Shown: positions 52,227 to 60,226 of the stretch, piece by piece | Numbering within the stretch: the stretch's first letter is position 1 | Layout: each line of letters begins with the position of its first letter | Origin: Alphaproteobacteria bacterium | GTDB lineage: Bacteria; Pseudomonadota; Alphaproteobacteria; GCA-2731375 | DNA: 64,000 bases | Reading direction: 5' to 3' | NCBI GenBank assembly: GCA_965232515.1 | Contig: CBDDPY010000002.1 | Coordinates: 5,504,001-5,568,000 of the forward strand | The notes under the pieces: model-generated | The model's database searches: none | What the model saw: the letters and a program-made list of their open reading frames with translations, nothing else | What the model was told of the DNA's origin: nothing | Position numbers and translations under genes: made by a program

Positions 52227-53402
52227 CTACCGGACCGTTTCGGCGATCCCACGCACGTGCTCACCCCAGGCTTCCAGCGCCGTCCGCATGTCCTCGAAAC
52301 CGCTCCGCGTATCGCCGACATCGACGCCGCCGACGGTCGAGCTGGCGGTCCGGTCGAGGATGTTCCGGACCACCGGCGCCGGCGCCCCCAGCGCCATCAT
52401 TCCGGCCGCGGCGGTGCGGCGCAGGTCGTCCGTGCGCCAGTCCGCGACGCCGGACAGATCACTCGCCCGGCGGGCCGCTTTCGAGAAGCCGGAGACATGT
52501 CGGTCGGGCTTGCCGCGGGCCGGAAACACATAGCGGCTGGTCGTGCGCGGCACCGAGGTCACGACCTCCAGGGCCTGGGCCGAGAGCGGGATCTCGTGCC
52601 CTAAATCCGATGTGCCGGTCTCCGGCGGCACGGTCCAGATCTGGTCGGCGAAGGTAACATCCGTCAGGCGTAAACTCGCCACCTGGTTGCGTCGCTGGCC
52701 GGTCAGCAACAGCAATTTGAACAGCGTTCCAAATGGCCAGGCCATGTGCGCCCAAGCCCGCCACAAGGCCCCGATCTCGGCCTCGTCCAGCACCCGCTGG
52801 CGCCGTACCTCGCGCCCCGGCGCGGTGATGCCGACCACCGGCGTCGCCCGCACCATGTCGACCTCGACGCCCCAGGCGAACATGGTGCGCAGCAGCGACA
52901 GGCGCCGATTGGCGGCATAGCCGTGGCCGCGGGCATTGATGGTTTCGATCACCTCGATGACGTCGCGGCGGCCGATGCCGTCGACCGCGCGCCGGCTCCA
53001 GACCGGCAGCAGGTCGCGTTCGATCATGCGCGCGTCCGACCGCCAGGTGCGCTTCGACCGCTTGGCGTAGCGTTCCACATAGGCCGCGGCGAAGCGCTCG
53101 AAGGTCAGTTCGCCGCCGCGCACCGCCGCGCGCTGGGCGGCCGGGTCCTGACCCTTCGCCACCTCGGCCAGCGTCGCCCGGGCCGCGTCGCGGGCGAGCT
53201 TCAGCGGCAGAGCTGGGAAGTTGCCCAGCGTCAGCCGCCGCTTGCGGCCACCGATCCGGTACATCACCTGCCAGGTCCGCCGCCCCGAGGACGAGATCCG
53301 CAATCCGAACCCCGGCAGCTCCGCGTCCCACAGCTCCACCCGCCCCGCCGCCGGCACCGCGGCATCCATCACCACCCGGTCGTTCAGCGTCTCGGTGGGC
53401 AT
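52227..53402 (-). CDS. Tyrosine recombinase/integrase homolog with arm-binding domain, catalytic residues degenerate
   Basis: WD..LPGFGLR, RRLTLG.FP, LLLLTGQRR, DDLRRT; no Tyr after DLRR. Confidence 0.85.
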   Translation of the reverse strand: MPTETLNDRVVMDAAVPAAGRVELWDAELPGFGLRISSSGRRTWQVMYRIGGRKRRLTLGNFPALPLKLARDAARATLAEVAKGQDPAAQRAAVRGGELTFERFAAAYVERYAKRSKRTWRSDARMIERDLLPVWSRRAVDGIGRRDVIEVIETINARGHGYAANRRLSLLRTMFAWGVEVDMVRATPVVGITAPGREVRRQRVLDEAEIGALWRAWAHMAWPFGTLFKLLLLTGQRRNQVASLRLTDVTFADQIWTVPPETGTSDLGHEIPLSAQALEVVTSVPRTTSRYVFPARGKPDRHVSGFSKAARRASDLSGVADWRTDDLRRTAAAGMMALGAPAPVVRNILDRTASSTVGGVDVGDTRSGFEDMRTALEAWGEHVRGIAETVR

Positions 53403-53518
53403 TTCCGTCCGTTATCCCGACGAATCAGCGATCGCCGGCGCATTATCCACCCATCGCGTAATCGGTCATACCGGCGGAAACGCCCGAAGGGCACTGCACA
53501 GGCCAATTCGCACTCACC

Positions 53519-53698
53519 GTCATCCTGGCGCAGGCCAGGATCCATTGTTTGTGTTTTTCACGTTGTTTGAAAACCCGCAACAGCCGGCTTTTGCCATTAC
53601 ATAATGTCATTGTAGTTGATTGGGATATTATTCACAGATTGTTATGTCGTTATCCCCGGCGTTCGCGGTAATGGATGCAGGCCTCCGCCAGCATGACG
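53519..53698. repeat. Pair of REP-like palindromes flanking an AT-rich spacer
   Basis: GTCATCCTGGCGCAGGCCAGGATCCA at 53519-53544 and TGGATGCAGGCCTCCGCCAGCATGACG at 53672-53698. Confidence 0.75.
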
Positions 53699-53734
53699 GA
53701 TTGGCGTCCAATGGCAGGCGACTCGATCACGGCG

Positions 53735-54553
53735 TCAATCGCCGCCCTTGCCGAACACCGGCGCCCGCTTCTCGATGAAGGCCCGCACGGCTTCGCGGTG
53801 GTCGTCGGTCTGGGCCGTGCGCACCATCAGCACGGCCTCGTGGTCGAGCGCGCTAAAGAAGTCGTCGCTCAGTGCCCGGTCCAGGTTCTCCTTGATATGC
53901 CGCAGCGCCGTGCGCGGCCCCGCTGCCAGCCGCCGCGCTAGCTCGAACGCGGTCTCCTGCAGCTGATCGTCCGGCACCACCTGGTTCACCAGCCCCGTAC
54001 GCTCGCAGGTCGCGGCGTCAATCTTCTCGGCCGTGAACATGAACTGCCGGGCGCGGGCCGTGCCGACCAGCCGCGTCAGCAGCCAGGCAATGCCGTAATC
54101 GCCGCTGAGTCCTACCCGCGCATAGCCCGTGCTGACAAACGCCGAGGCCGCCGCAATGCGGATGTCGCAGGCCAATGCCAACGCCAGCCCCGCGCCCGCC
54201 GCGGGCCCCGGCAGCGCCGCGATGGTCGGCACGCGCACCCGCACCAGCGCGCCCGTCAGTGTACGCTGCCGCTCCTGCAGGTCGGCGACGGCTTCCTCCG
54301 GCGTCATCGTGCGTTTGCGATTGTCGCCCATGCCCTTGACGTCGCCACCGGCGCAGAACGCCGTGCCGGCCCCGGTGATCACCAGCGCGCCGACATCTTC
54401 GTCGTCGCCGCAACTCTTGATCATCCGCCTGAGCGCCGGCGTCAACTCGTTCGACAGCGCGTTCCGCGCCTCCGGCCGGTTCAGCGTCAACGTCGCCACG
54501 CCCTCGCGGACTTCCGCCAATACCTGTTCCGTCCCCGTCTCCAACCGCGTCAT
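53735..54553 (-). CDS. Enoyl-CoA hydratase/isomerase family protein
   Basis: LNRPEARNAL, FCAGGD, AAGAG..LALACD, AFIEKR. Confidence 0.93.
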   Translation of the reverse strand: MTRLETGTEQVLAEVREGVATLTLNRPEARNALSNELTPALRRMIKSCGDDEDVGALVITGAGTAFCAGGDVKGMGDNRKRTMTPEEAVADLQERQRTLTGALVRVRVPTIAALPGPAAGAGLALALACDIRIAAASAFVSTGYARVGLSGDYGIAWLLTRLVGTARARQFMFTAEKIDAATCERTGLVNQVVPDDQLQETAFELARRLAAGPRTALRHIKENLDRALSDDFFSALDHEAVLMVRTAQTDDHREAVRAFIEKRAPVFGKGGD

Positions 54554-54560
54554 GTCCCGC

Positions 54561-54980
54561 TCACGCCCCGTATTTCGTCCGCATGTAATCCACCGACAGC
54601 CGCACCAGCTCCGCCAGCACCTCGAGGTCCACGTCGTCGAGCTTGTTGATGTAGAGGCAGGATTTCCCCGTCCGGTGCTTGCCGAGCCGCGCCATCAGCC
54701 CGTCGTACTGCGAAAACCCCGGCATGATGTAGACCGTCAGCGCCGATTTGCGCGGCGCGAACGCGGTCAACATCCATTCCCCCTCGCGCCCGCTGTCGTA
54801 TTTGTAGCGATACCGCCCGAACCCGACGATCGACGGCCCCCACATCTCAGGTTCTTCGCCCGTCACCCGCCGCATCATCGCCAGCACAACGCGCGCGTCC
54901 TCCCGCCGCCGCGCATGCCCGACCGCATCGATAAACGCGTCCACGCTCACCCCGGTCGGCTTCGTCTTCGGCTCCGCCAC
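54561..54980 (-). CDS. DUF1801-like protein
   Basis: MWGPSIVGFG.Y.YKY.SGREG, LGKH.TGKSCLYI. Confidence 0.85.
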   Translation of the reverse strand: MAEPKTKPTGVSVDAFIDAVGHARRREDARVVLAMMRRVTGEEPEMWGPSIVGFGRYRYKYDSGREGEWMLTAFAPRKSALTVYIMPGFSQYDGLMARLGKHRTGKSCLYINKLDDVDLEVLAELVRLSVDYMRTKYGA

Positions 54981-55051
54981 GTGCTTGCCCCCTGCCGCAC
55001 TTCCGCCAAGCTACCACGCCCCCCGCCGCTCTGTTATACCTGTCCCGCGCT

Positions 55052-55128
55052 GTCCCCGTAGCTCAGTCGGATAGAGCACTGGATTCCTAATCCAGGGGTC
55101 GCAGGTTCGAATCCTGCCGGGGACGCCA
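55052..55128 (+). tRNA. tRNA-Arg (anticodon CCT)
   Basis: GTCCCCG/CGGGGAC acceptor stem, TAGCTCAG D arm, CTGGA-TTCCTAA-TCCAG anticodon arm, GGTTCGAATCC, encoded CCA. Confidence 0.97.
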
Positions 55129-55155
55129 CACTGCTTCGCCGGCCCGCCGCATCAC

Positions 55156-56016
55156 TCACTTCTCCACCGTCGCTTTCTCAATCGCCAGCAGCTTGTCGAG
55201 GCCGATGGTGGCGTGCAGTTCCCGTTGCAGGGCGGACCAGTCGTCAGACGTGCGTGTGCCGTCGCGGAAGCCGTCGGCGAGGTGGGCGTAGACGGATTTC
55301 ATGGCGGCGTAGGCGGCGAGGAGTGGCGTCGAGGTGTCGATCAGGAGCTTGAAGCCGAGGGCGGCCATCTCCGCCGGCGTCAGGCCGATTTGGGCGAGGC
55401 CGCCGGGTGGGCAGAGATACATGAGCGGCGGTTCGAGGCGTTCGCCGATGTGGCGGGCTTCCTCGGCGTTGCGCGGCGATAGGAGCAACACATCGGCGCC
55501 GGCGGCGCGGTAGGCGTCGGCGCGAGTGAGCGCGTCCGACATGTCGCTGGCGCGGACGCCGTTGGTGCGGGCGATGATGATGAAGTCGGGGTTGCGCCGC
55601 GCGGCGACGGCCTCGCGCACCTTCGCGGCCATGAGGTCGACCGGCACCATGTGCTCGATGCCGATATGGTGGTGGGCGCGTTTCGGCAGGATCTGGTCCT
55701 CGATCTCGATGCCGGCGAAGCCCGCGGCCTCCGTCATGCCGATCGTGCGGTGCATGTGCATGGGATCGCCCCAGCCGGCCGCACCGTCCAAAATCAGCGG
55801 CAGGTCCGACACCGCGCCGATGTCGATCCCGGCCTGCGCCATCTCGCTCAGGTTCAGGTTCGCTTCCAGCGCCACCTTCTGATAGCCCGTGGCGCCGCCG
55901 CCGAGATAGAGCGCCTTGAAGCCCGCGGCCTCGGCCAGCTTCGCCATCAGCGGGTTCAGCACCAGCGGCACGCAGACCGGGTCCGCCCCCGCCAACATCG
56001 CGCGCAAGCCTGCCAT
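55156..56016 (-). CDS. Isocitrate lyase / PEP mutase family protein
   Basis: AEAAGF..LY, D..AGWG, IEDQ..PKR, IIART. Confidence 0.9.
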   Translation of the reverse strand: MAGLRAMLAGADPVCVPLVLNPLMAKLAEAAGFKALYLGGGATGYQKVALEANLNLSEMAQAGIDIGAVSDLPLILDGAAGWGDPMHMHRTIGMTEAAGFAGIEIEDQILPKRAHHHIGIEHMVPVDLMAAKVREAVAARRNPDFIIIARTNGVRASDMSDALTRADAYRAAGADVLLLSPRNAEEARHIGERLEPPLMYLCPPGGLAQIGLTPAEMAALGFKLLIDTSTPLLAAYAAMKSVYAHLADGFRDGTRTSDDWSALQRELHATIGLDKLLAIEKATVEK

Positions 56017-56052
56017 GATGTCCTCCCCCTTGTTGCCGTCGTTGGCGTGAGC

Positions 56053-57090
56053 TTAGCGGGCGGCGTTGTTGTCCGAAACAGGACTGCGGCAGATGTCGCC
56101 GGCACAGTCGACCGCCTCGGGGTGCATGCCGAACAGGCGGCCGGTGGCGAGGGTGAGGGCGATGCCGGCGAGCATGGCGGCGAAAGCGGGGAGCGCGTGC
56201 GGGGACAGGTTGGGGATGCCGTGCAGGAGCAGCACGTCGTTGCCGCCCGGCACCACGGCGGCGCCGGCGCCCATGGCGAGCCCGCCCGCGAAATGGCGCA
56301 GCCAGACCGGCCGCGGCCTGGCGTCGATCCGCAGGCTGCCGCGTTGCCAGGCCGAGAGCGTCATGCCGGCGAGCACGGCCGCGAAGAGGGCCCAGAACAG
56401 GAGCGGCGGCCCGGCGGCGCCGCCCAGCGCCAGGCGCAGCGTGCGGGTGTAGATCCAGGGGCCGTGCAGGGCGTAGAGCAGGCCGTTCGCGACGCCGATC
56501 AGCGCGGCGGCCGTCGACAGCCGGTAGAGGTCGGCCAGCAGCAGCGCCCGCCAGCCCTGGCCGCGTGGCCGCGTGCGGACAAGGCGCGCCAGCTCCCAGG
56601 CCATCCATGCCGCGAGCGCCAGCAGCAGCCAGGGCGCGCGCGCGTGCGCCGTGGTCGCCAGCGGCGGCGCGTCGGCATTGGGAGGCAGCAGGCCGAGCGT
56701 GGTGCCGGCATCGAGCGCGACCACGCCAAAGCCGAAGCCCAACAATGTGCCGAGCATGCCGAGCTCGCCGCTGCCGAGCCGGTTCAGGGTCGAGATGGCG
56801 CAGCCGCCGTTGACGCCGGCGCCCAATCCGAACAGCAACCCGCCGCCGAGGCCGGCGAGCGTCAGCGCCCAGCTCTCCGGCCTGAGGCGTGCGTCCGGCA
56901 CAAAGAGCGCGATCGCGAGCGTGACGCCCGCGACCCACAGCACCGACTTGGCGAACGCCAGCAGCATGAAGCCGCGCCGCGTGGCGAAGACCTCCTCGAC
57001 CGCCTTCACCGTGCACAGGCCCGCCCGGTGCGCCGAAAAGCCCAGCAGCGCCGCCAGCGCCAGCGACACCGCGCCCGTAACGATTTCCAC
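56053..57090 (-). CDS. YeeE/YedE (sulfur compound transport) family membrane protein; start uncertain
   Basis: GF..HRAGLC, GG.LFG.G...NGGC, GG..MG.GA..PGGND. Confidence 0.82.
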   Translation of the reverse strand: MEIVTGAVSLALAALLGFSAHRAGLCTVKAVEEVFATRRGFMLLAFAKSVLWVAGVTLAIALFVPDARLRPESWALTLAGLGGGLLFGLGAGVNGGCAISTLNRLGSGELGMLGTLLGFGFGVVALDAGTTLGLLPPNADAPPLATTAHARAPWLLLALAAWMAWELARLVRTRPRGQGWRALLLADLYRLSTAAALIGVANGLLYALHGPWIYTRTLRLALGGAAGPPLLFWALFAAVLAGMTLSAWQRGSLRIDARPRPVWLRHFAGGLAMGAGAAVVPGGNDVLLLHGIPNLSPHALPAFAAMLAGIALTLATGRLFGMHPEAVDCAGDICRSPVSDNNAAR

Positions 57091-57173
57091 CGCCGTCGCC
57101 CCCGATTTCCGGATCCGGTCCCGTCGTCCGTCCGGCGGGCCGCGTTTCGTTGGATGCGGGAAGCCGCGCGCGG

Positions 57174-57599
57174 TTACGCCGGCCGGTCGTCGGTCCGATC
57201 GTGACAGGCGGCGAGGTTGTCCGGTAGCACGAAAACCTCGCGCGCGATGTCGGAGGCGAGGGTTTCGCGGCGATAGAGGCTGTTCAGCAAGGGGTTCGGA
57301 TAGTCGAACAGGTCGGGATTGCGCCGGCGGAAGGTATCCCACGGCGCGTCGCGGCCCTGGCGCTGCATGCGCTCGTTGATGGCGACGATGAAGGCATACG
57401 TGATGGTCTCGTGGTAGAGCCCGTCCTTGCCGAGCGCCGCGGCGTAGCGCTTGAGGCCACCCGAGAACCGTTTCATGGCGTCCGGCAGCGGGGCGTCGCG
57501 CAAGTACAGCCAGGCGAGCCGGATATGGTCGGCATGCCGGAACTTTTCGGGCGGCAGGGTCGTCGCCTCGAAGGCGGCGATGAAGTCGGCGTCGTTCAT
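57174..57599 (-). CDS. Conserved-looking hypothetical protein with H..H and YHET motifs
   Basis: FRHADHIRLAW, YHETIT, Y....L.S..AR..FVLPD; ATGA overlap with upstream gene. Confidence 0.75.
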   Translation of the reverse strand: MNDADFIAAFEATTLPPEKFRHADHIRLAWLYLRDAPLPDAMKRFSGGLKRYAAALGKDGLYHETITYAFIVAINERMQRQGRDAPWDTFRRRNPDLFDYPNPLLNSLYRRETLASDIAREVFVLPDNLAACHDRTDDRPA

Positions 57600-57901
57600 G
57601 CCGGCGCACCCCGTTTGGCCGGGGTGGGCGGCGCCGCGAACGCGTCCACCAGCCGGTGGCTCGCCGTGGCGTCGAGGTCGAGGCCGTAGACCCGCTTCAG
57701 ATCGGCGATCCGTTGCAGCGTGGCCTCGCCGAACGGGCATTTGCCCTCGAAATTGTGCAGCACGATGCCCTCGATCAGGTCGCCCAGCGTCAGGTCGTGC
57801 AGCTCGGCCACCGCCTTCAGCACCTTTAGCGTCCGCTTCTCGATGCGCACCCCGGTCTGCACCCGCTCAACCCGGATCCGCCCCGCATTGTCGATTGTCA
57901 T
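57596..57901 (-). CDS. Small hypothetical protein, ribbon-helix-helix-like DNA binder
   Basis: RVQTGVRI strand followed by two amphipathic helices. Confidence 0.7.
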   Translation of the reverse strand: MTIDNAGRIRVERVQTGVRIEKRTLKVLKAVAELHDLTLGDLIEGIVLHNFEGKCPFGEATLQRIADLKRVYGLDLDATASHRLVDAFAAPPTPAKRGAPA

Positions 57902-57961
57902 GACTAACTTGTACCAATGTACCATGGTACTGATCAAGCCATAGTTGACGTCAGTCCCCAG

Positions 57962-58045
57962 AGGCCGCGACCGCGGCCCGCCGGTCGTCCGGCGCGCCCG
58001 CGCAGGCGCGGATCCCGTTGGGATCCGCTTACCGTGAGCGCAAAA
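57962..58045 (+). repeat. Multi-hairpin dispersed element, copy 3 (diverged)
   Basis: Same stems with altered loops and an extended last stem GCGGATCCC/GGGATCCGC. Confidence 0.85.
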
Positions 58046-58085
58046 ACGCCAGAACCCCCGCCCATGAAATGGGCGGGGGTCCTGG
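58042..58085 (-). terminator. Probable intrinsic terminator
   Basis: ACCCCCGCCCAT/ATGGGCGGGGGT stem followed on the minus strand by TTTTT. Confidence 0.65.
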
Positions 58086-58093
58086 AGAAATTA

Positions 58094-58211
58094 CGTCCCT
58101 GCCGGCCGATGCCGGAACCGTGCGTGGCACCACTGCTGCATTGGGTCGGGTGATGAGTTTATTGGTTCAACACCAAACCACGACGCGGCGCCGGTGCGGC
58201 CGGCAGGGACG
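58094..58211. ncRNA. Candidate structured RNA, unassigned
   Basis: 15-bp perfect outer stem continuing through bulged helices around an AT-richer loop of about 50 nt. Confidence 0.45.
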
Positions 58212-58228
58212 CAAGTCGGGGTCTTCGT

Positions 58229-58531
58229 TCAGCAGAGCTTCCTGAAAACCTTCACGTTGGCGATAAATGAGTCGGCCGATATGCCGAAGTCCTCGAAGCG
58301 GCCCTGGGCCACCGAAAAGGTCGGCTCGACGATCAGCCCCGCTTTGACGGCGTCGTCCATGGCTTCGTTCAGCGTCCTGACGGCGCCGACGATGGCCGCG
58401 GCGATCTCGGCATCGCGGCCCTGCGCGCCATCGGCCACGGCCGCCAGCGGCGCCGGGCTCTCGGACGGGGAAGCCGGCTTTTTGTCCCGGCCCTTGGCCA
58501 GGTCCAGCCTTGCGATATTGGGGGCGTTCAT
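58229..58531 (-). CDS. Small hypothetical protein
   Basis: Typical codon usage; GAGAG before ATG; helical AVRTLNEAMDDAVKAGLIVE. Confidence 0.65.
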   Translation of the reverse strand: MNAPNIARLDLAKGRDKKPASPSESPAPLAAVADGAQGRDAEIAAAIVGAVRTLNEAMDDAVKAGLIVEPTFSVAQGRFEDFGISADSFIANVKVFRKLC

Positions 58532-58831
58532 ACTCTCGGTCCCTTCGGTAGCCCCGCTGCCTTGCCTACGCCGCAAGGTCGGTGGCTTTGCGTCCCGCCG
58601 TTGCCGACGGTTTGCCGTTTCGAGGACATGGGCGACGGCACGCGCCAACGGCGCTGCGTCCCAGGTCTTGCGGGGACTTTAGCGGACCTGCCTTAACGGC
58701 GGGTTAACGGCGGGTCGACAATTCGTTCCGGGCAGGCCGGATCGCGGTCCGGGGTGACGTCGGTTTGTTTCGTAGAATCAAACGGTTGCGGCTGATATGC
58801 GGTCCGACGGGCCGATCGGCCAAGCCCCCAA

Positions 58832-59350
58832 TCAGTCGCCGAACAGGGCGTCGAACGGCACCGCATAGGTCAGCACCAGGTTCTCGGTCCCCGGGTTGTC
58901 GTCGCCAATCCCGGCATTTGACATATGCGACAACGCGACGCCCAACCGCGACCTGTTGTCGAAGCGGTAGCTGACCTCGATCTGCGAGCGGAACTCCAGC
59001 ACGCTGCCCAGGTCCTTGCTGTCGCCCTCGATATAGGCGCCCGGCGCGAAGCTGGGCGTGACCACGATCCGCCGGCCGAAGAACAGGTCGATCAGCACGC
59101 CGGCATAGACATAGCCGCCGCCGTCGCCGTTCGCCATCACGCCGCCGAACGGCTTGAACATCCACCAGCGCCAGTCCGAACGGTATTCCAGCCGCCCCTC
59201 GACCGTGGTCTCGTCGTCGTTGACGTCGAAGGCGCCCAGGCTGACGGCGAGGAAGTCCGGATCGTCGGCCGCCGCCGGCCCGGCCCCCAGCAGAATGATG
59301 GCGATCAGACCCGCCGCCTGGCGACGCAGCCGCATAAATGAAACAGGCAT
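58832..59350 (-). CDS. PagL-like lipid A 3-O-deacylase / acyloxyacyl hydrolase outer-membrane barrel; start 59350 or 59335
   Basis: Signal peptide, alternating beta strands, EF and HMSNAG....NPG motifs. Confidence 0.88.
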   Translation of the reverse strand: MPVSFMRLRRQAAGLIAIILLGAGPAAADDPDFLAVSLGAFDVNDDETTVEGRLEYRSDWRWWMFKPFGGVMANGDGGGYVYAGVLIDLFFGRRIVVTPSFAPGAYIEGDSKDLGSVLEFRSQIEVSYRFDNRSRLGVALSHMSNAGIGDDNPGTENLVLTYAVPFDALFGD

Positions 59351-59401
59351 CGGTCGGGAGAGGTCTCTTTTGGTTATGCTTTTCTGAATCGGACAGCCGG
59401 A

Positions 59402-60226
59402 GTGTATGAGAACTTGGTGATTGTTCAAAGCACGGTTGCTCGCCGCGCGCGCCTGAGCGTCGGTTTGTTATTGATTGTGGCCGCGTTGCACGGCCGCGTC
59501 CCGGCCTTGGCGTCGGAGCTGACCGGCGGGGGCGCGGCGCAGGTGGTCGAGATCGTGGACGGCGACACCGTGCTGCTCGACGACGGCCGGGAGGTGCGTC
59601 TCGTCGGCATCCAGGCGCCGAAGCTGCCGCTCGGTCGGGCGCACGTAAAGAAATGGCCGCTCGCCGACGACGCCAAGGCCGTGCTGGCGGGGATGACGCT
59701 GAACCGCCGCGTGCGCCTGTCCTATGGCGGCCGCCGCCTCGACCGCTACAAGCGCGTGCTGGCCCACCTGCATGACGAGAGCGGCCGCTGGATCCAGGGC
59801 GAGCTGTTGCGCCGGGGCATGGCGCGGGTCTACAGCTTCCGCGACAACCGCGCGCTGGTGGCCGACATGCTGGCGCTCGAGCGCGAGGCGCGGGCCGCCG
59901 GCCGTGGCATCTGGGGCCTCGACTGGTATGGCGTGCGCGATGCCACGCAATCGCCGCAATTCGTCAATAGCTTCCAGCTCGTGACGGGACGCGTGCGGGA
60001 GGTGGCCGTGGTCCGCGGCCGGGCGTATCTCAATTTCGGCGCCGATTGGCGCAGCGACTTCACGGTGACGATCGCGCCGCGCGACCGTAAGCTGTTCGAC
60101 CGCGAGGGCGTCGACTATCGCGGCCTCGCCGGACGGCAAATCCGCGTGCGCGGCTGGCTGAAGGATTTCAACGGACCGATGATCGAGGCGACGCATCCCG
60201 AGCAGATCGAGGTGTTGCCGGAATGA
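59402..60226 (+). CDS. Thermonuclease (SNase) family protein with extra C-terminal domain; start uncertain
   Basis: VDGDT, VRLVGI.AP, DRY.R.LA, AR..GRGIW; C-terminal YLNFG.DW..DF. Confidence 0.88.
   Translation: MYENLVIVQSTVARRARLSVGLLLIVAALHGRVPALASELTGGGAAQVVEIVDGDTVLLDDGREVRLVGIQAPKLPLGRAHVKKWPLADDAKAVLAGMTLNRRVRLSYGGRRLDRYKRVLAHLHDESGRWIQGELLRRGMARVYSFRDNRALVADMLALEREARAAGRGIWGLDWYGVRDATQSPQFVNSFQLVTGRVREVAVVRGRAYLNFGADWRSDFTVTIAPRDRKLFDREGVDYRGLAGRQIRVRGWLKDFNGPMIEATHPEQIEVLPE

Noticed and set aside
52227-55128. Integrative element formed by the integrase and tRNA-Arg
   Set aside because: Two ordinary genes separate them and no convincing duplicate of the tRNA 3' end was found in the window.
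56053-57609. 518-aa version of the YeeE-like ORF
   Set aside because: Its upstream part overlaps the 57174-57599 gene in another frame; membrane domain starts near 57090.
58094-58211. Assignment as hammerhead ribozyme, SRP RNA, 6S RNA or retron msr-msd
   Set aside because: GTGATGA/CAAA do not fit CUGANGA/GAAA; no SRP GGAA-loop core; short for 6S and not in zapA context; no reverse transcriptase nearby.
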